Shown: positions 9,170-18,909, counted from the stretch's first letter. The stretch is 61,793 nt of DNA from a virus (IMGVR_UViG_3300042914_004341:1-61793); one strand, 5' to 3'. Translations and numbers: made by a program. The notes: generated by a model from the letters alone, not told the origin.

Positions 9170-10279
9170 ATGACCATCACGTCCGTTCCATCCGCCCCCA
9201 TCCCCCAGTCCTCGGGCAAGTCTCTCGCCGAGGAGATTGCATCCATCACGCCCGAGTCTGTCCAACAGTTTGAGGCCGAGCAAAACGCCTTCAACAGCGA
9301 GGCAGGAGGCAAGGACCTTGAGTTTCTGCCCACAGATGGCTCCGACCCGGAGGCTGCGCCCGAGAGTCAGGAAGCCCCCCAGGAGGAGCAAGGAGCGCAG
9401 GCCAACCAGGAAGCCAAGCCCGTGGAGGCTGTGAAGTCCCTGGTCATCGAGGGCCCGGACGGCAAGAAGATGAAGGTGAAGCTGGACCTCAGCAACGAGG
9501 AGAAGCTCGGCCAAGTGGTGAAAACTGCCATGCAGGCCAAGGAACTCCACGCCAAGGTTCAGTCGCTGGAGTCCAAGGCCAAAGAGGCCGAGGAGATGGC
9601 AGGCGAGCTTGCCGAAATCCAAGGCATCGTGGAGTCGGGCGGAATCGCCGCGCTGGTGGACTACTTCATGGACGAAGAAGGCCACTTTGAGAAGTACATC
9701 GAGAATGAGCGGGCCAAGAGAAACCTGCTGGACTCTGCGGACCCGGAGGAGCGCGAGGCTGCCAAGAAGCTTGCCGACATCGAGGCCCGCGAACGCAAGC
9801 TGACCATCCAGGAGCGCAAGCAGCAGGAGGCCGCCAAGAAGGCCCAGGAGCAACTCACGCAGGCCGAGCAGGCCCAGGTACAAACGCGCTTCGAAGCAGC
9901 CTTCGGGAAACACAGCCTGGCTGGCAAGCTCGGGGACCCTGAGCTGGAAGAGACCCTCAATGAAGCCGCCTTCAATGCCATCAACAAGGAAGTGCAGGAA
10001 CGCATCGGCAAGGGCGAGAAAATCACCCAGGCCAATATGCACGCCATCGTGGAGCGCCGCTTCTCCATCATCCAGCGGGGTTACAAGGGCGCCGCGGATG
10101 CCCAATCCAAGCAGGACACCCAGGCGGCCAAAGCCAAGGCAGCCGGCGCCATCTCGGCCCGCTCCGCATCGGCGCCCCAAGCGCAGCCCTCGTCCGTACA
10201 GCAGGCGGCGAATGACTACGGGGCCGGCAAGGGAAGTGTGTTCGACTTCGTGAAGGCCGCACTCGCCGGGCGCCGCTGA
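9170..10279 (+). CDS. Capsid scaffolding protein
   Basis: Acidic, E/A/Q/K-rich coiled-coil protein between portal and capsid genes. Confidence 0.75.
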   Translation: MTITSVPSAPIPQSSGKSLAEEIASITPESVQQFEAEQNAFNSEAGGKDLEFLPTDGSDPEAAPESQEAPQEEQGAQANQEAKPVEAVKSLVIEGPDGKKMKVKLDLSNEEKLGQVVKTAMQAKELHAKVQSLESKAKEAEEMAGELAEIQGIVESGGIAALVDYFMDEEGHFEKYIENERAKRNLLDSADPEEREAAKKLADIEARERKLTIQERKQQEAAKKAQEQLTQAEQAQVQTRFEAAFGKHSLAGKLGDPELEETLNEAAFNAINKEVQERIGKGEKITQANMHAIVERRFSIIQRGYKGAADAQSKQDTQAAKAKAAGAISARSASAPQAQPSSVQQAANDYGAGKGSVFDFVKAALAGRR

Positions 10280-10295
10280 TACCCGCCCCGCTGTA

Positions 10296-10324
10296 TTGCT
10301 AACATCATTACGCAAGTGTAAGTT
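10296..10324 (+). promoter_or_regulatory. sigma70-type promoter for the major capsid gene
   Basis: TTGCTA-17 nt-TAAGTT with extended -10 TG. Confidence 0.55.
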
Positions 10325-10383
10325 GTAAGTGCCCGAGGGTCCCCATGGTTGAGGGGCCCTGTTGTTAACGAAAGGAAGGCAAA

Positions 10384-11769
10384 ATGCCTACGAGTCCGAT
10401 TACTTCTTTGCCCAATGGTATTGGTTACTTGCCCCAAATTGCCTTCCAGAAGGGCATCTGGCGCCAAATCAGCGAAGATATGCGCGACTTCGAGCTGGTC
10501 AAAGCTCTGCGCGTTGCAGACCCGCAAGGCCGAGAACTTCGGTTCATGCTCCAAACCGGCAACGGTGCGGGTGCAGTCCAAGCTGTGGGCATCTCAGATG
10601 CTGCTGGTTCCTTCCCTTCTTCGCAACGTTCCTCGGTGCAGGAATTCTCGACCGCGTGGAAGCAGTACGCAACCACTATCGAAATCTCTGAAGCACTCGC
10701 TTCCCGCCTCCGCATGTCCGGCGCCGGCCTCCGCTACGCCGAGGAGCTTGCTTATGAGCTTCAAGACAAGATGAACGTCTCGCGCCGCCGGCTCGGCGTG
10801 GACCTCCATCTTGACGGCACGGGCGTGCAGGCTACTGCAAGCTCCGCCGCGGACACTACGGGCGCGGACGGTTCCGTGCTTGTGACCCTGAGCACCTCGG
10901 TCTCGGCCAAGGGATTTGTGAACGCCATCCAGTGGGACGACCTCCTCCTGGTCAAGACCTCGGCTGGTGCCGCGGTCACGCCCACCCTCGGTTCCGGTAC
11001 GTTCTATGCCTACAAGGTCATAGACGTGCTCCGTGACACCGACCAAATCCGTATCGCCCCTGTGAACTCCAGCTACTCGCGCCTGAACCTCACGTCCTCT
11101 GGTATCTCCAGCGGACACCTGTTCTACCGCGTGGGGCAGAGCGTCATTCCCGACTTCACGGGCTCCATCGCAGACTACGCCACCGCGTCCGAGTCCATGG
11201 TGGGCCTTGAGTCCCTTGTGTCCGCTGACGGCCGCGTGGTCAATGGTATGACGATGAGCGGCCTGCTCGCATCCATCGTCAAGGACAAGTCCGGCGAAGT
11301 CGCAGACATCCGCCACCTGCTCCAGCTCGTGGACGCACTGCGCAACCGTAACGGCGGCGGATACCGCTACAACAAGGTGCTGTGCTCCTCCGAGTACGTG
11401 CAGGCCATTCAGGAAGCCCGCCGGCAAGACGTGCGCTTCCAAGCACTGGAAGGCCGTCATGGATATCCGAAGCTGGTTGCAGTTGTTGGCGACGTTACGC
11501 TGGAGTTCGCAACCTCCGAGTTCTGCCGCAAGGATAGGCAATGGCTCATTCCCGAGTCTGGCCCTGGTGGAAAAGCTCCTGTGCAAGTCGTCCTCTCTGA
11601 CTACCGCGCCGCAATGGACCCGGACGGTGGCGCGAAATGGGTACGTAAGGCTGACTCCAGCGGCGCATACCTCCAAGCATGGCAGCAATTTTTGACAAGC
11701 TTTGTCGGTAGTTACAATTGTGCCCCCTCGGCGTCGGGGGTGATTAAGGGAGCCACTGTGGGTATCTGA
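10384..11769 (+). CDS. Major capsid protein
   Basis: 461 aa after scaffold, strong codon bias, LHLDGTG segment typical of HK97-fold phage capsids, followed by a terminator. Confidence 0.85.
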   Translation: MPTSPITSLPNGIGYLPQIAFQKGIWRQISEDMRDFELVKALRVADPQGRELRFMLQTGNGAGAVQAVGISDAAGSFPSSQRSSVQEFSTAWKQYATTIEISEALASRLRMSGAGLRYAEELAYELQDKMNVSRRRLGVDLHLDGTGVQATASSAADTTGADGSVLVTLSTSVSAKGFVNAIQWDDLLLVKTSAGAAVTPTLGSGTFYAYKVIDVLRDTDQIRIAPVNSSYSRLNLTSSGISSGHLFYRVGQSVIPDFTGSIADYATASESMVGLESLVSADGRVVNGMTMSGLLASIVKDKSGEVADIRHLLQLVDALRNRNGGGYRYNKVLCSSEYVQAIQEARRQDVRFQALEGRHGYPKLVAVVGDVTLEFATSEFCRKDRQWLIPESGPGGKAPVQVVLSDYRAAMDPDGGAKWVRKADSSGAYLQAWQQFLTSFVGSYNCAPSASGVIKGATVGI

Positions 11770-11792
11770 CCCAAGGTTCCATTTGACAACAG

Positions 11793-11831
11793 GGAAAGCC
11801 CTCCGTAGGTTTGCTTACGGGGGGTTTCTTT
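11793..11831 (+). terminator. Terminator-like hairpin after MCP covering the HNH2 ribosome-binding region
   Basis: GAAAGCCCTCCGTAGG-TTTG-CTTACGGGGGGTTTCT then TTATG. Confidence 0.75.
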
Positions 11832-12509
11832 ATGCAAAAGATTTGCGGCGGATGTAATCAAGCTTTGCTATTGGAAGCCTTTTCTAAAAACAGCAAACGT
11901 GAAGATGGTTTGCAAACCCAATGTAAAATTTGCATGAGGTCCAAAGCTTTAAAATGGTATCAAGAAAACAAACAACAAGCCGCAAAAGTGGGAAAAATAT
12001 GGAGAGAAAAAAACGCGGACAGAAAAAGGTCCGCAAATAAAGAATGGCTAGTTAAAAACAAGGAACGTAAACAGGAAATAAATAAAGTGTGGAGAGGACA
12101 AAATAAAGAGCGAGTTCGAGAGATATCTCGCTTGTATTATCAAAATAACAAAACCATTATTAATGCAAGAAAGCAAAAAAGAAAAACGCAAGATACAAAG
12201 TACTATTTATCTGAGCTACTCCGTGACCGATTGAAAAAGGCCCTCAAGGGTAAATACAAAACGGGCTCAGCCGTCCGTGACCTGGGTATGCCCATTGACG
12301 CTTTCCTCGTGTACCTGAACCTGGATGCCCTAGACAAATATGGCATCCCATACACCGGCAATGAAAGTAGGTTCCACATTGACCATGTACGCCCCCTTGC
12401 CAGCTTCAACCTCGAAGATGCGGAGCAACTCAAGCAGGCGGTGCATTGGTCAAACCTACAAATTCTGCGAGCCGAGGAGAATCTTGCCAAGGGGGCACGC
12501 ACCCCCTAA
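11832..12509 (+). CDS. Free-standing HNH homing-type endonuclease 2
   Basis: CGGC...CKIC zinc finger; FHIDHVRPLASF...NLQIL..EENL.K; C-terminal domain closely paralogous to HNH1. Confidence 0.88.
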   Translation: MQKICGGCNQALLLEAFSKNSKREDGLQTQCKICMRSKALKWYQENKQQAAKVGKIWREKNADRKRSANKEWLVKNKERKQEINKVWRGQNKERVREISRLYYQNNKTIINARKQKRKTQDTKYYLSELLRDRLKKALKGKYKTGSAVRDLGMPIDAFLVYLNLDALDKYGIPYTGNESRFHIDHVRPLASFNLEDAEQLKQAVHWSNLQILRAEENLAKGARTP

Positions 12510-12533
12510 GCTGGCCCTCAGGAGGCCCGCCCA

Positions 12534-13322
12534 ATGAGACTTGACCAGTTCGCCCGCCAAGACCTTTCCCGCACCGGCTCTATTCAAGATGAGTTGCTGG
12601 GCATGTTCCTTGACCCCGATGTGCGCCTCATACACCGCTCAGGAACCAATGTGGATGTCGATACCAGCACCACACCCGAGGACATTTGGGGCAACGCCGG
12701 CCTGTACACAGGATTCCCCGCTGCCGCCGAGGCGGTGCGAGTGACATCGAGCAGTGCGGATGATACCGCGGCCGGGACAGGCGCACGCACCGTAATCCTG
12801 AATGGGCTGGATGCAAACGGGAACTTCCTTGCCGAAACAGTCACACTCAACGGAACCACACCTGTAGTAACGGTGAACTCTTTCTTGCGACTAAACCGGG
12901 CCTACGTAGCAACCTCCGGCAGTGGGAATACCGCCTTCAATGCCGGCACCATTACAATCCAGCACAATGTGACCACAGCAAATGTGTTTGCCACCATAGA
13001 CATAGGGATAGGTGCAGCACGAACTACGGCCTATACCATACCGGCAAACACTACAGGAGTGCTTACACAACTTTCGGCTTCCGGGGTGCGGGCCTCGTCC
13101 ACCTTTAACGGGGTGGTAGCCTTGTATATGCGTCTACCCTCCTCCGCTCCTATCCTGTCCGAGCAAATGGACATCTCTGACTCCTTGAGCGTTAGTCACA
13201 GCATACGCGGCGGGATTTATCTCCCTGCTGGCACGGACGTCATTCTAAGAGTACTGACTACTTCCGCGAATAATATAGTTGTGTCAGGCTCCCTTGAGAT
13301 TACCCTCATCCGCAACTCATAG
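12534..13322 (+). CDS. Putative structural protein
   Basis: RBS AGGAGG; T/G/S-rich beta protein with GARTVILNGLD motif, within the head module. Confidence 0.55.
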   Translation: MRLDQFARQDLSRTGSIQDELLGMFLDPDVRLIHRSGTNVDVDTSTTPEDIWGNAGLYTGFPAAAEAVRVTSSSADDTAAGTGARTVILNGLDANGNFLAETVTLNGTTPVVTVNSFLRLNRAYVATSGSGNTAFNAGTITIQHNVTTANVFATIDIGIGAARTTAYTIPANTTGVLTQLSASGVRASSTFNGVVALYMRLPSSAPILSEQMDISDSLSVSHSIRGGIYLPAGTDVILRVLTTSANNIVVSGSLEITLIRNS

Positions 13323-13330
13323 TGGGAGCC

Positions 13331-13359
13331 TTGCCCCCGCAAGGCCCCCACGGCATACT
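13331..13359 (+). promoter_or_regulatory. sigma70-type promoter
   Basis: TTGCCC-17 nt-CATACT in an intergenic gap. Confidence 0.4.
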
Positions 13360-13426
13360 CTTCCCATGGCCCCCGAAACCGACAGCTGGTGTCCGGGTGG
13401 AATTGGGGCTATAGAGGTTTACCATC

Positions 13427-13849
13427 ATGGCATTTGTAGTACCTGGCCTTGCGGCCGAAGTTGCCCAGCTCCCCGCCAACGGCGGAAAAGCCGGCGATGC
13501 ATTCAGCTATCGCGAACGCGCCTTGCTCAAGTCCGTCAAGGACTACGTGGACGCCCTCCCGGCGGGCTCTATCACCCTGGCAGAACTGGCTTCCGGAATT
13601 GCCCCCAGCCACGTCGTCAAGTATGCCGGCAAGCGTACGGCCGCAGGGGCCTCAGCCACACAGGCAGTTACGGTCACGGGCGTGGCCGCCACGGACATCG
13701 TGCTGGCCACGGTGGAGTCCCGCGCAGGCGCAGGCGTTGCCTATATCCTCCGGGCCACCCCCTCCACCAACACCGTGACCATCGTGGGCTCCGCGGCGTT
13801 TGACAACGGTGACATCATCAGCTACGTGGTCCTCCGCGCTGCTTCCTGA
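13427..13849 (+). CDS. Putative head decoration or minor structural protein
   Basis: 140 aa, strong codon bias, own promoter and downstream hairpin. Confidence 0.55.
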   Translation: MAFVVPGLAAEVAQLPANGGKAGDAFSYRERALLKSVKDYVDALPAGSITLAELASGIAPSHVVKYAGKRTAAGASATQAVTVTGVAATDIVLATVESRAGAGVAYILRATPSTNTVTIVGSAAFDNGDIISYVVLRAAS

Positions 13850-13967
13850 TGGGTTACCAGACTCAATAGCGCACGCCCCGCGGGCCCTGCCCCGGGGCTT
13901 TTGCATGTGCGCCATACATGCCATAGTAGCAGGGCCGCGCACATGCGTGCGCCAGGAGGCTTGAACC

Positions 13968-15923
13968 ATGGGAAGACGAGTTACGCCCAATCTGGGCTTG
14001 GTAAAAGAAGCCGGCATCACCCGCACGGCCTCGGACAACCTTGACCGCCTGGACCTTCTGGGCGGGACCACAAATCTACTGAACGATGAGAGCGTGCAGT
14101 TCCGGGCCGTGCAGGACATCATACTGCAGCCCGCGGATGCCTCCATAGGGGGAACCCCTGGGCAGGGCAACTTCAGCATCGGCTCGGCGGACAACAAGGC
14201 CCTGACTTGGAAAGCCTACTCCGTGGGCCCCGCGCTGTTCTATGCCCCCTCGGTGGGCGTGCAGGACCCAAGCTCGGGCTACTTTGCCAAGCTGACCTAC
14301 GCTCCCGCTTCGGCGCCCTCCGCGGACAGGAACTTCCAGCTGGACCTAGCGAACGGCAACCGCACGCTGACCCTCCAGCGGGACCTCTCGGTGCTTGCCG
14401 GCATCGCCGGGGCTACGGGGGTAGGTATATCCCTACCAAGTGAAGGATTCACCACACTTACAGCCCCAGCCACAGGCACCCTTGTCCTAACCACACTGGC
14501 CCAGACCCTGACCAGTAAGTCCCTGGACGCGTACCAGAACACCATCACCAATCTGGCCAATGCCAACATCAAGGCCGCCGCTGCCATCGACGCCTCCAAG
14601 ATTGCCGACGGCTCGGTGTCCAGCACCGAGTTCCAGTACCTCAATGGCGTCACCTCCTCCATCCAGGCCCAGCTCGACTCCAAGCAGGCTACTGGGGCCT
14701 ACATCACGGCCCTTTCCGGGGACGTCGTGGCAGCAGGCCCTGGCTCCGCGGCTGCGACTATCCAGGCTAACGCCATCACCACGGCAAAGATTCTGGATGG
14801 GGCCGTCACCTATGCCAAGGTCAACCTTGCTGGCAGCATCCAAGGCTCTGACATTGCAGCTTTGGCAGGGATAGCCTACTCCAAGCTCACGCTCACAGGC
14901 TCGGTCGTTAACGCAGACGTCTCCGCCTCCGCCGCCATCGCCGGGACCAAGGTCAGCCCGGACTTCGGAAGCCAGGTTGTACAAACCTCGGCATCCTTCC
15001 GCGTCACCAACGGGGCCTTCTATGTAGGCTTTCAGGCGCCGAGCCTTTCGGCCTCGCAGCTCTGGACCCTGCCTCCCGCGGACGGCACAGTAGGCCAGGT
15101 CCTAACCACCGACGGCGCTGGTGTGCTCACCTGGTCTACAGTTACAGGTACAGGCACGGTCACATCCGTGGCCCTCTCGCTGCCGGCCATCTTCTCTGTC
15201 TCGGGAAGCCCTGTCACCACCTCTGGCACGCTTTCTGCCACCCTGGCGACCCAGGTGGCAAACAGAGTCTGGGCCGGCCCTTCGACCGGCGCCGACGCGG
15301 CCCCCACATTCCGGGCGCTGGTCTCTGATGACCTGCCTTCGTCTATTCCGCTGTCCAAACTGGCAGCACTCACCACAGCCCGCGCCCTGGTATCCGATGG
15401 CTCCGGATTTGTCTCAGCCTCAGCCACCACGGCCACTGAGGTCGGGTACCTCTCGGGCGTGACCTCCGCCATCCAGACCCAGCTCAATAGTAAGCAACCG
15501 ACAGGCAACTACATCACGGCACTCACAGGTGATATCTCCGCGGCCGGCCCCGGCTCCGCGGCTGCTACCATCCAGTCCACGGCCATCACAGGCCAGACCC
15601 TGGTGTCCGCCGCCGCGGCCGACCAGCTTCTCATCTCTGATGCCTCGGATGCCGGCCTCCTCAAGCGGGCCACGGTGGCCACCATCACCGCAACCCTGGC
15701 CACCACAGCCAAAGCCACCTGGGCGACGGTGGACGGTACCAGCAAGGTTGTGGCGCACGGCCTAGGCACCACGGATGTCCTGGTGCAGATATTTGACATC
15801 GCTACCGGGGAATCCATCTTCGTGGACCAAGTGGTGCGTACGGATGCCAACACAGTCACGCTCACCGCATCCGAGGCCCCGCCCGCGGGCTCCTGGCGTG
15901 TGCTTATCCTGGCCCTGGCGTGA
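13968..15923 (+). CDS. Fibre protein (tail or head fibre)
   Basis: A/T/S/G-rich; QTLT.K, AITTAKI.DGAVT, GQVLTTDG.G.L.W fibre motifs; internal duplication. Confidence 0.8.
   Translation: MGRRVTPNLGLVKEAGITRTASDNLDRLDLLGGTTNLLNDESVQFRAVQDIILQPADASIGGTPGQGNFSIGSADNKALTWKAYSVGPALFYAPSVGVQDPSSGYFAKLTYAPASAPSADRNFQLDLANGNRTLTLQRDLSVLAGIAGATGVGISLPSEGFTTLTAPATGTLVLTTLAQTLTSKSLDAYQNTITNLANANIKAAAAIDASKIADGSVSSTEFQYLNGVTSSIQAQLDSKQATGAYITALSGDVVAAGPGSAAATIQANAITTAKILDGAVTYAKVNLAGSIQGSDIAALAGIAYSKLTLTGSVVNADVSASAAIAGTKVSPDFGSQVVQTSASFRVTNGAFYVGFQAPSLSASQLWTLPPADGTVGQVLTTDGAGVLTWSTVTGTGTVTSVALSLPAIFSVSGSPVTTSGTLSATLATQVANRVWAGPSTGADAAPTFRALVSDDLPSSIPLSKLAALTTARALVSDGSGFVSASATTATEVGYLSGVTSAIQTQLNSKQPTGNYITALTGDISAAGPGSAAATIQSTAITGQTLVSAAAADQLLISDASDAGLLKRATVATITATLATTAKATWATVDGTSKVVAHGLGTTDVLVQIFDIATGESIFVDQVVRTDANTVTLTASEAPPAGSWRVLILALA
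14418..14439 (+). repeat. Palindromic motif copy inside the fibre gene
   Basis: GGGGTAGGTATATCCCTACCAA (perfect GGTAGG/CCTACC arms). Confidence 0.8.
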
Positions 15924-15984
15924 CGCCCACACTCATGCTATTTTACCCCATAATTGCGGGCATACCCGCCTAGGAGTGTAACTT

Positions 15985-17268
15985 ATGGATGTTTTTGGAA
16001 GTCTCCGCAAACTAACCAAAATTGTGTTCCCCACCAACTCTGGGGCCAAAAACGTTGAACTCCAGGCCGCCAACCAGACGGGCGCCGGCACCATCGTGGT
16101 GTCCATTCCGGACGTGGGCGACACCGCGGGCACCCTTGTGGAAATCGACGCCACCCAGACCCTGACCAACAAGACCATCGACGGCGACGTCAACACTGTC
16201 CAGGACCTGCCGGTCACGGCCATCAAGACCGTTCTTGGCGACGCCAACAAAGCCCTGGTGCGCGATGCCGCTGGCATCCCCACGTCCGCCCTTATCGTGA
16301 ACGCCAACGTGGACGCTGCCGCAGCACTTGCCCGCTCCAAACTCGCCTCCGGTACAGCTTCCCATGTCATCATCAATGATGGTTCCGGCGTGCTCTCCTC
16401 TGAGGCCCAACTTGCCATCTCCCGCGGCGGCACTAACATTTCGACCTATACCACGGGCGATTTCCTGTATGCCTCCGCATCCAACGTACTTTCCAAGCTC
16501 CCCATCGGCACCACCGGCCAGCTCCTTCGCGTAAGCGCGGGAGGTGTACCAGAGTGGTTCACAGGGGCGGGCACGGGAGATGTGGTTGGCCCTGCGTCTT
16601 CCACCAACGGCGCGGTGGCAGTTTACAATGGCACCACGGGCAAACTCCTCCAGAACGGCACGAAACTTGAGGCTGACCTCGTTACAGGCCCCGCGGCTTC
16701 GGTTGACTCCGAGTTCGCCATCTACAACAGCACCACCGGCAAGATAATCAAGCGTGCGTCAGGCACAGGCTACGCCTACGGAACTTCGGGCGTAGCTAGC
16801 TTCCTGTCTACCATCCCGGCGGCGGATGTGGCCGGCAGAACCTCGGGAAGCCCCGCCGCAGGGCGCATCGGTGAGTTCAAACAAACGCGAACCACTGCAT
16901 CTACGTCTTACACAGTGGCTTCGGCTACATACGGCGATGCTGACTCCATCAGCCTTGAGGCGGGTGTCTGGGACATCTCTGTGGTGTTTCAGCTTGCACG
17001 TGGCACATCAACCTTCTCCTCCACGCTTTTTATTGTGGGTATTGGAACCGCATCAGGCACTTCCACCACTGGGCTGCAAGACGGAGACAACATGGATGTC
17101 CAGTCGGCCGTTGTTCCCACTACATTCAATACAGTAACCCTCACCATCCCCAGCTACCGCGTAGCCCCGTCCGGCACCACCACGTACTACCTCAAGGTTT
17201 ATGTAGGTAGCTTCTCAGGTGCCAACCCTACCTACCGAAGCCGCATCTCCGCAGTGCGTGTCGGATAA
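15985..17268 (+). CDS. Tail fibre protein
   Basis: QTLTNKT, GGTN...YTTGD.LYAS, GDVVGPASST...TTGKL motifs; C-terminal beta-sandwich. Confidence 0.8.
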   Translation: MDVFGSLRKLTKIVFPTNSGAKNVELQAANQTGAGTIVVSIPDVGDTAGTLVEIDATQTLTNKTIDGDVNTVQDLPVTAIKTVLGDANKALVRDAAGIPTSALIVNANVDAAAALARSKLASGTASHVIINDGSGVLSSEAQLAISRGGTNISTYTTGDFLYASASNVLSKLPIGTTGQLLRVSAGGVPEWFTGAGTGDVVGPASSTNGAVAVYNGTTGKLLQNGTKLEADLVTGPAASVDSEFAIYNSTTGKIIKRASGTGYAYGTSGVASFLSTIPAADVAGRTSGSPAAGRIGEFKQTRTTASTSYTVASATYGDADSISLEAGVWDISVVFQLARGTSTFSSTLFIVGIGTASGTSTTGLQDGDNMDVQSAVVPTTFNTVTLTIPSYRVAPSGTTTYYLKVYVGSFSGANPTYRSRISAVRVG

Positions 17269-17288
17269 TCACTAAGGAGCCCTTGCAC

Positions 17289-17678
17289 ATGAGCCTTACA
17301 TCCACAGCCGTTGCCTCCTGGCTCAAAGCCCTATTCCTAGCTGGCCTGGCCATCCTGGCGCCCATCCATACCTTGCTTGGCGCCGTGGGGTTCTTAATCG
17401 CCGCCGACTTTGTGACAGGCATCTTAGCCGCCCGCAAGCGTGGCGAGCCTCTCACGAGTAAAGCCATGGGGCGTACAATCTTCAAGGCGCTTGGCTATCA
17501 ACTTGCAGTCATTTCAGGCTTTGCACTAGAAAGCTTAATGCCCGGCGGGCTCCCCGTGGCCAAACTTTGTGCCGGCGCCATAGGGCTCGTGGAGTTCACC
17601 TCCGTGGCCGAGAACGTCAAGACCCTTACCGGCGTGGACCTTGGGTCCATCCTCAAGAAGCTGCGGGCCGACAAGTAA
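17289..17678 (+). CDS. Holin (phage holin family 4-like)
   Basis: Multiple hydrophobic segments; ADFVTGILAA.K.GE..TSK and EFTSVAEN motifs. Confidence 0.8.
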   Translation: MSLTSTAVASWLKALFLAGLAILAPIHTLLGAVGFLIAADFVTGILAARKRGEPLTSKAMGRTIFKALGYQLAVISGFALESLMPGGLPVAKLCAGAIGLVEFTSVAENVKTLTGVDLGSILKKLRADK

Positions 17679-17689
17679 GCAGCTACTGC

Positions 17690-17718
17690 TTGCCAAAGCC
17701 CCTGCCCACCGCTAAGAT
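17690..17718 (+). promoter_or_regulatory. sigma70-type promoter
   Basis: TTGCCA-17 nt-TAAGAT. Confidence 0.6.
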
Positions 17719-17761
17719 TACCTCGTAACCGCCCGCACGAAGCAGGCAAAGGAGAACACGT

Positions 17762-17974
17762 ATGCTCAAGATGCCCGGAAAGATGCCGCCCAAGGAGATG
17801 GAAAAGGAAGAACCCAGCTTTGAGCTTGGCCTGGAGGTTGAACCGGCAGAGGAAGAGGAGCCACGGATGCTCGCCGAGTTCAGCCTTGAAGAACTTGAAG
17901 CTGAATTGGCTAAACGCAAAAAAGAAGCACCTGCGGCGGGCAAAGAGGCTGTGGCCGAAGAAGAGTCCGTCTAA
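17762..17974 (+). CDS. Small acidic hypothetical protein
   Basis: RBS AAGGAG; Glu-rich 70 aa. Confidence 0.7.
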   Translation: MLKMPGKMPPKEMEKEEPSFELGLEVEPAEEEEPRMLAEFSLEELEAELAKRKKEAPAAGKEAVAEEESV

Positions 17975-17977
17975 TTC

Positions 17978-18015
17978 CTCACTTCGTTCGTCATGGTTTC
18001 CGTTCCACAGGAACG
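17978..18015 (-). repeat. Hairpin module (variant)
   Basis: Minus strand CGA-AC-GAA-GT-GAG mini-hairpin plus CGTTCC/GGAACG hairpin; shares TCACTTCGTTC...GTCATGGTTT with 36755-36794. Confidence 0.7.
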
Positions 18016-18059
18016 CGAAGGCGGAAACGACCCGCTCTGGAAACCCACGCACACAAAGT

Positions 18060-18091
18060 GCCCGCCCCAACCCGGGCGGGCCTTTTCTTTT
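18060..18091 (+). terminator. Intrinsic terminator
   Basis: GCCCGCCC/GGGCGGGC stem followed by CTTTTCTTTT. Confidence 0.75.
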
Positions 18092-18103
18092 GGAGACACT
18101 ACC

Positions 18104-18310
18104 ATGCCGCGCCGCACCAAGGCCAAAGCCCAGCTGGAGGGATGCCTACTTAGTATGTCCCGTGCGGTGGTACTGGAGCAGGTGGACTGTTGCTTGCGGT
18201 GCATCCGCCGATACAGGAGCCGCTGGGGCAAGCATCCTGCCAAAAAGCCAGAGTACAAGAACCACCGCCGAAAGGGAGCCAAGCCATCATGGCCTTCACA
18301 AGACGCCTGA
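18104..18310 (+). CDS. Small basic hypothetical protein
   Basis: RBS GGAG, ATG at 18104. Confidence 0.5.
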   Translation: MPRRTKAKAQLEGCLLSMSRAVVLEQVDCCLRCIRRYRSRWGKHPAKKPEYKNHRRKGAKPSWPSQDA

Positions 18311-18909
18311 CCACTGATGGGTGTGAGGCAGGATTCAAAAGATGCTCCACTTGCAAAGAAGCAAAGCCTTTTGAAGCATTTTGTAAATGCTCCTCTACCC
18401 GGGATGGTTATCAATTTTCTTGTAAAAAATGTAAAGCACAGATGCTGTCTAAGTGGGAAAAAGCCAATCCCGACAACGTAGTTCGCAACCGGAAAAGACA
18501 CAGAAGCTCTGACGATTACAAAACAAAACGTAGAGAATATAATAGGGATTACGAGAAAAAGAAAAAAGAAACTAGCATCAACTATCGTATTTCTAGGAAT
18601 TTGCGAATACGATTTGTTCAAGCACTGAAGGGTAATGCTAAAACTGGTTCTGCTGTTAGGGATTTAGGGTGTACTATTGAACAGTTTAAAGACTATATTT
18701 CGGCATTGTTTCAACCCGGCATGAGTTGGGATAATTGGGGAAAAACAGGATGGCACCTAGACCATAAGATTCCTCTAAGCGCGTTTGACTTAACCAAAGA
18801 GGACCAAGTCAGATTGGCTTGCCATTTTAGTAATCTACAACCTATGTGGGCTAAGGAAAATCTCCAGAAAGGAGCTAAGTATGGTGTTCCAGCGAAGGCT
18901 AACGACTAA
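18289..18909 (+). CDS. Free-standing HNH homing-type endonuclease 3
   Basis: CSTC...CKKC zinc finger; GMSWDNWG..WHLDHKIPLSAF...HFSNLQPMWAKENL.K; AT-rich. Confidence 0.88.
   Translation: MAFTRRLTTDGCEAGFKRCSTCKEAKPFEAFCKCSSTRDGYQFSCKKCKAQMLSKWEKANPDNVVRNRKRHRSSDDYKTKRREYNRDYEKKKKETSINYRISRNLRIRFVQALKGNAKTGSAVRDLGCTIEQFKDYISALFQPGMSWDNWGKTGWHLDHKIPLSAFDLTKEDQVRLACHFSNLQPMWAKENLQKGAKYGVPAKAND

Noticed and set aside
9155-10315. Long antisense ORFs opposite scaffold, capsid and ejection genes
   Set aside because: Expected shadow ORFs of GC3-biased coding strands, with no RBS or motifs
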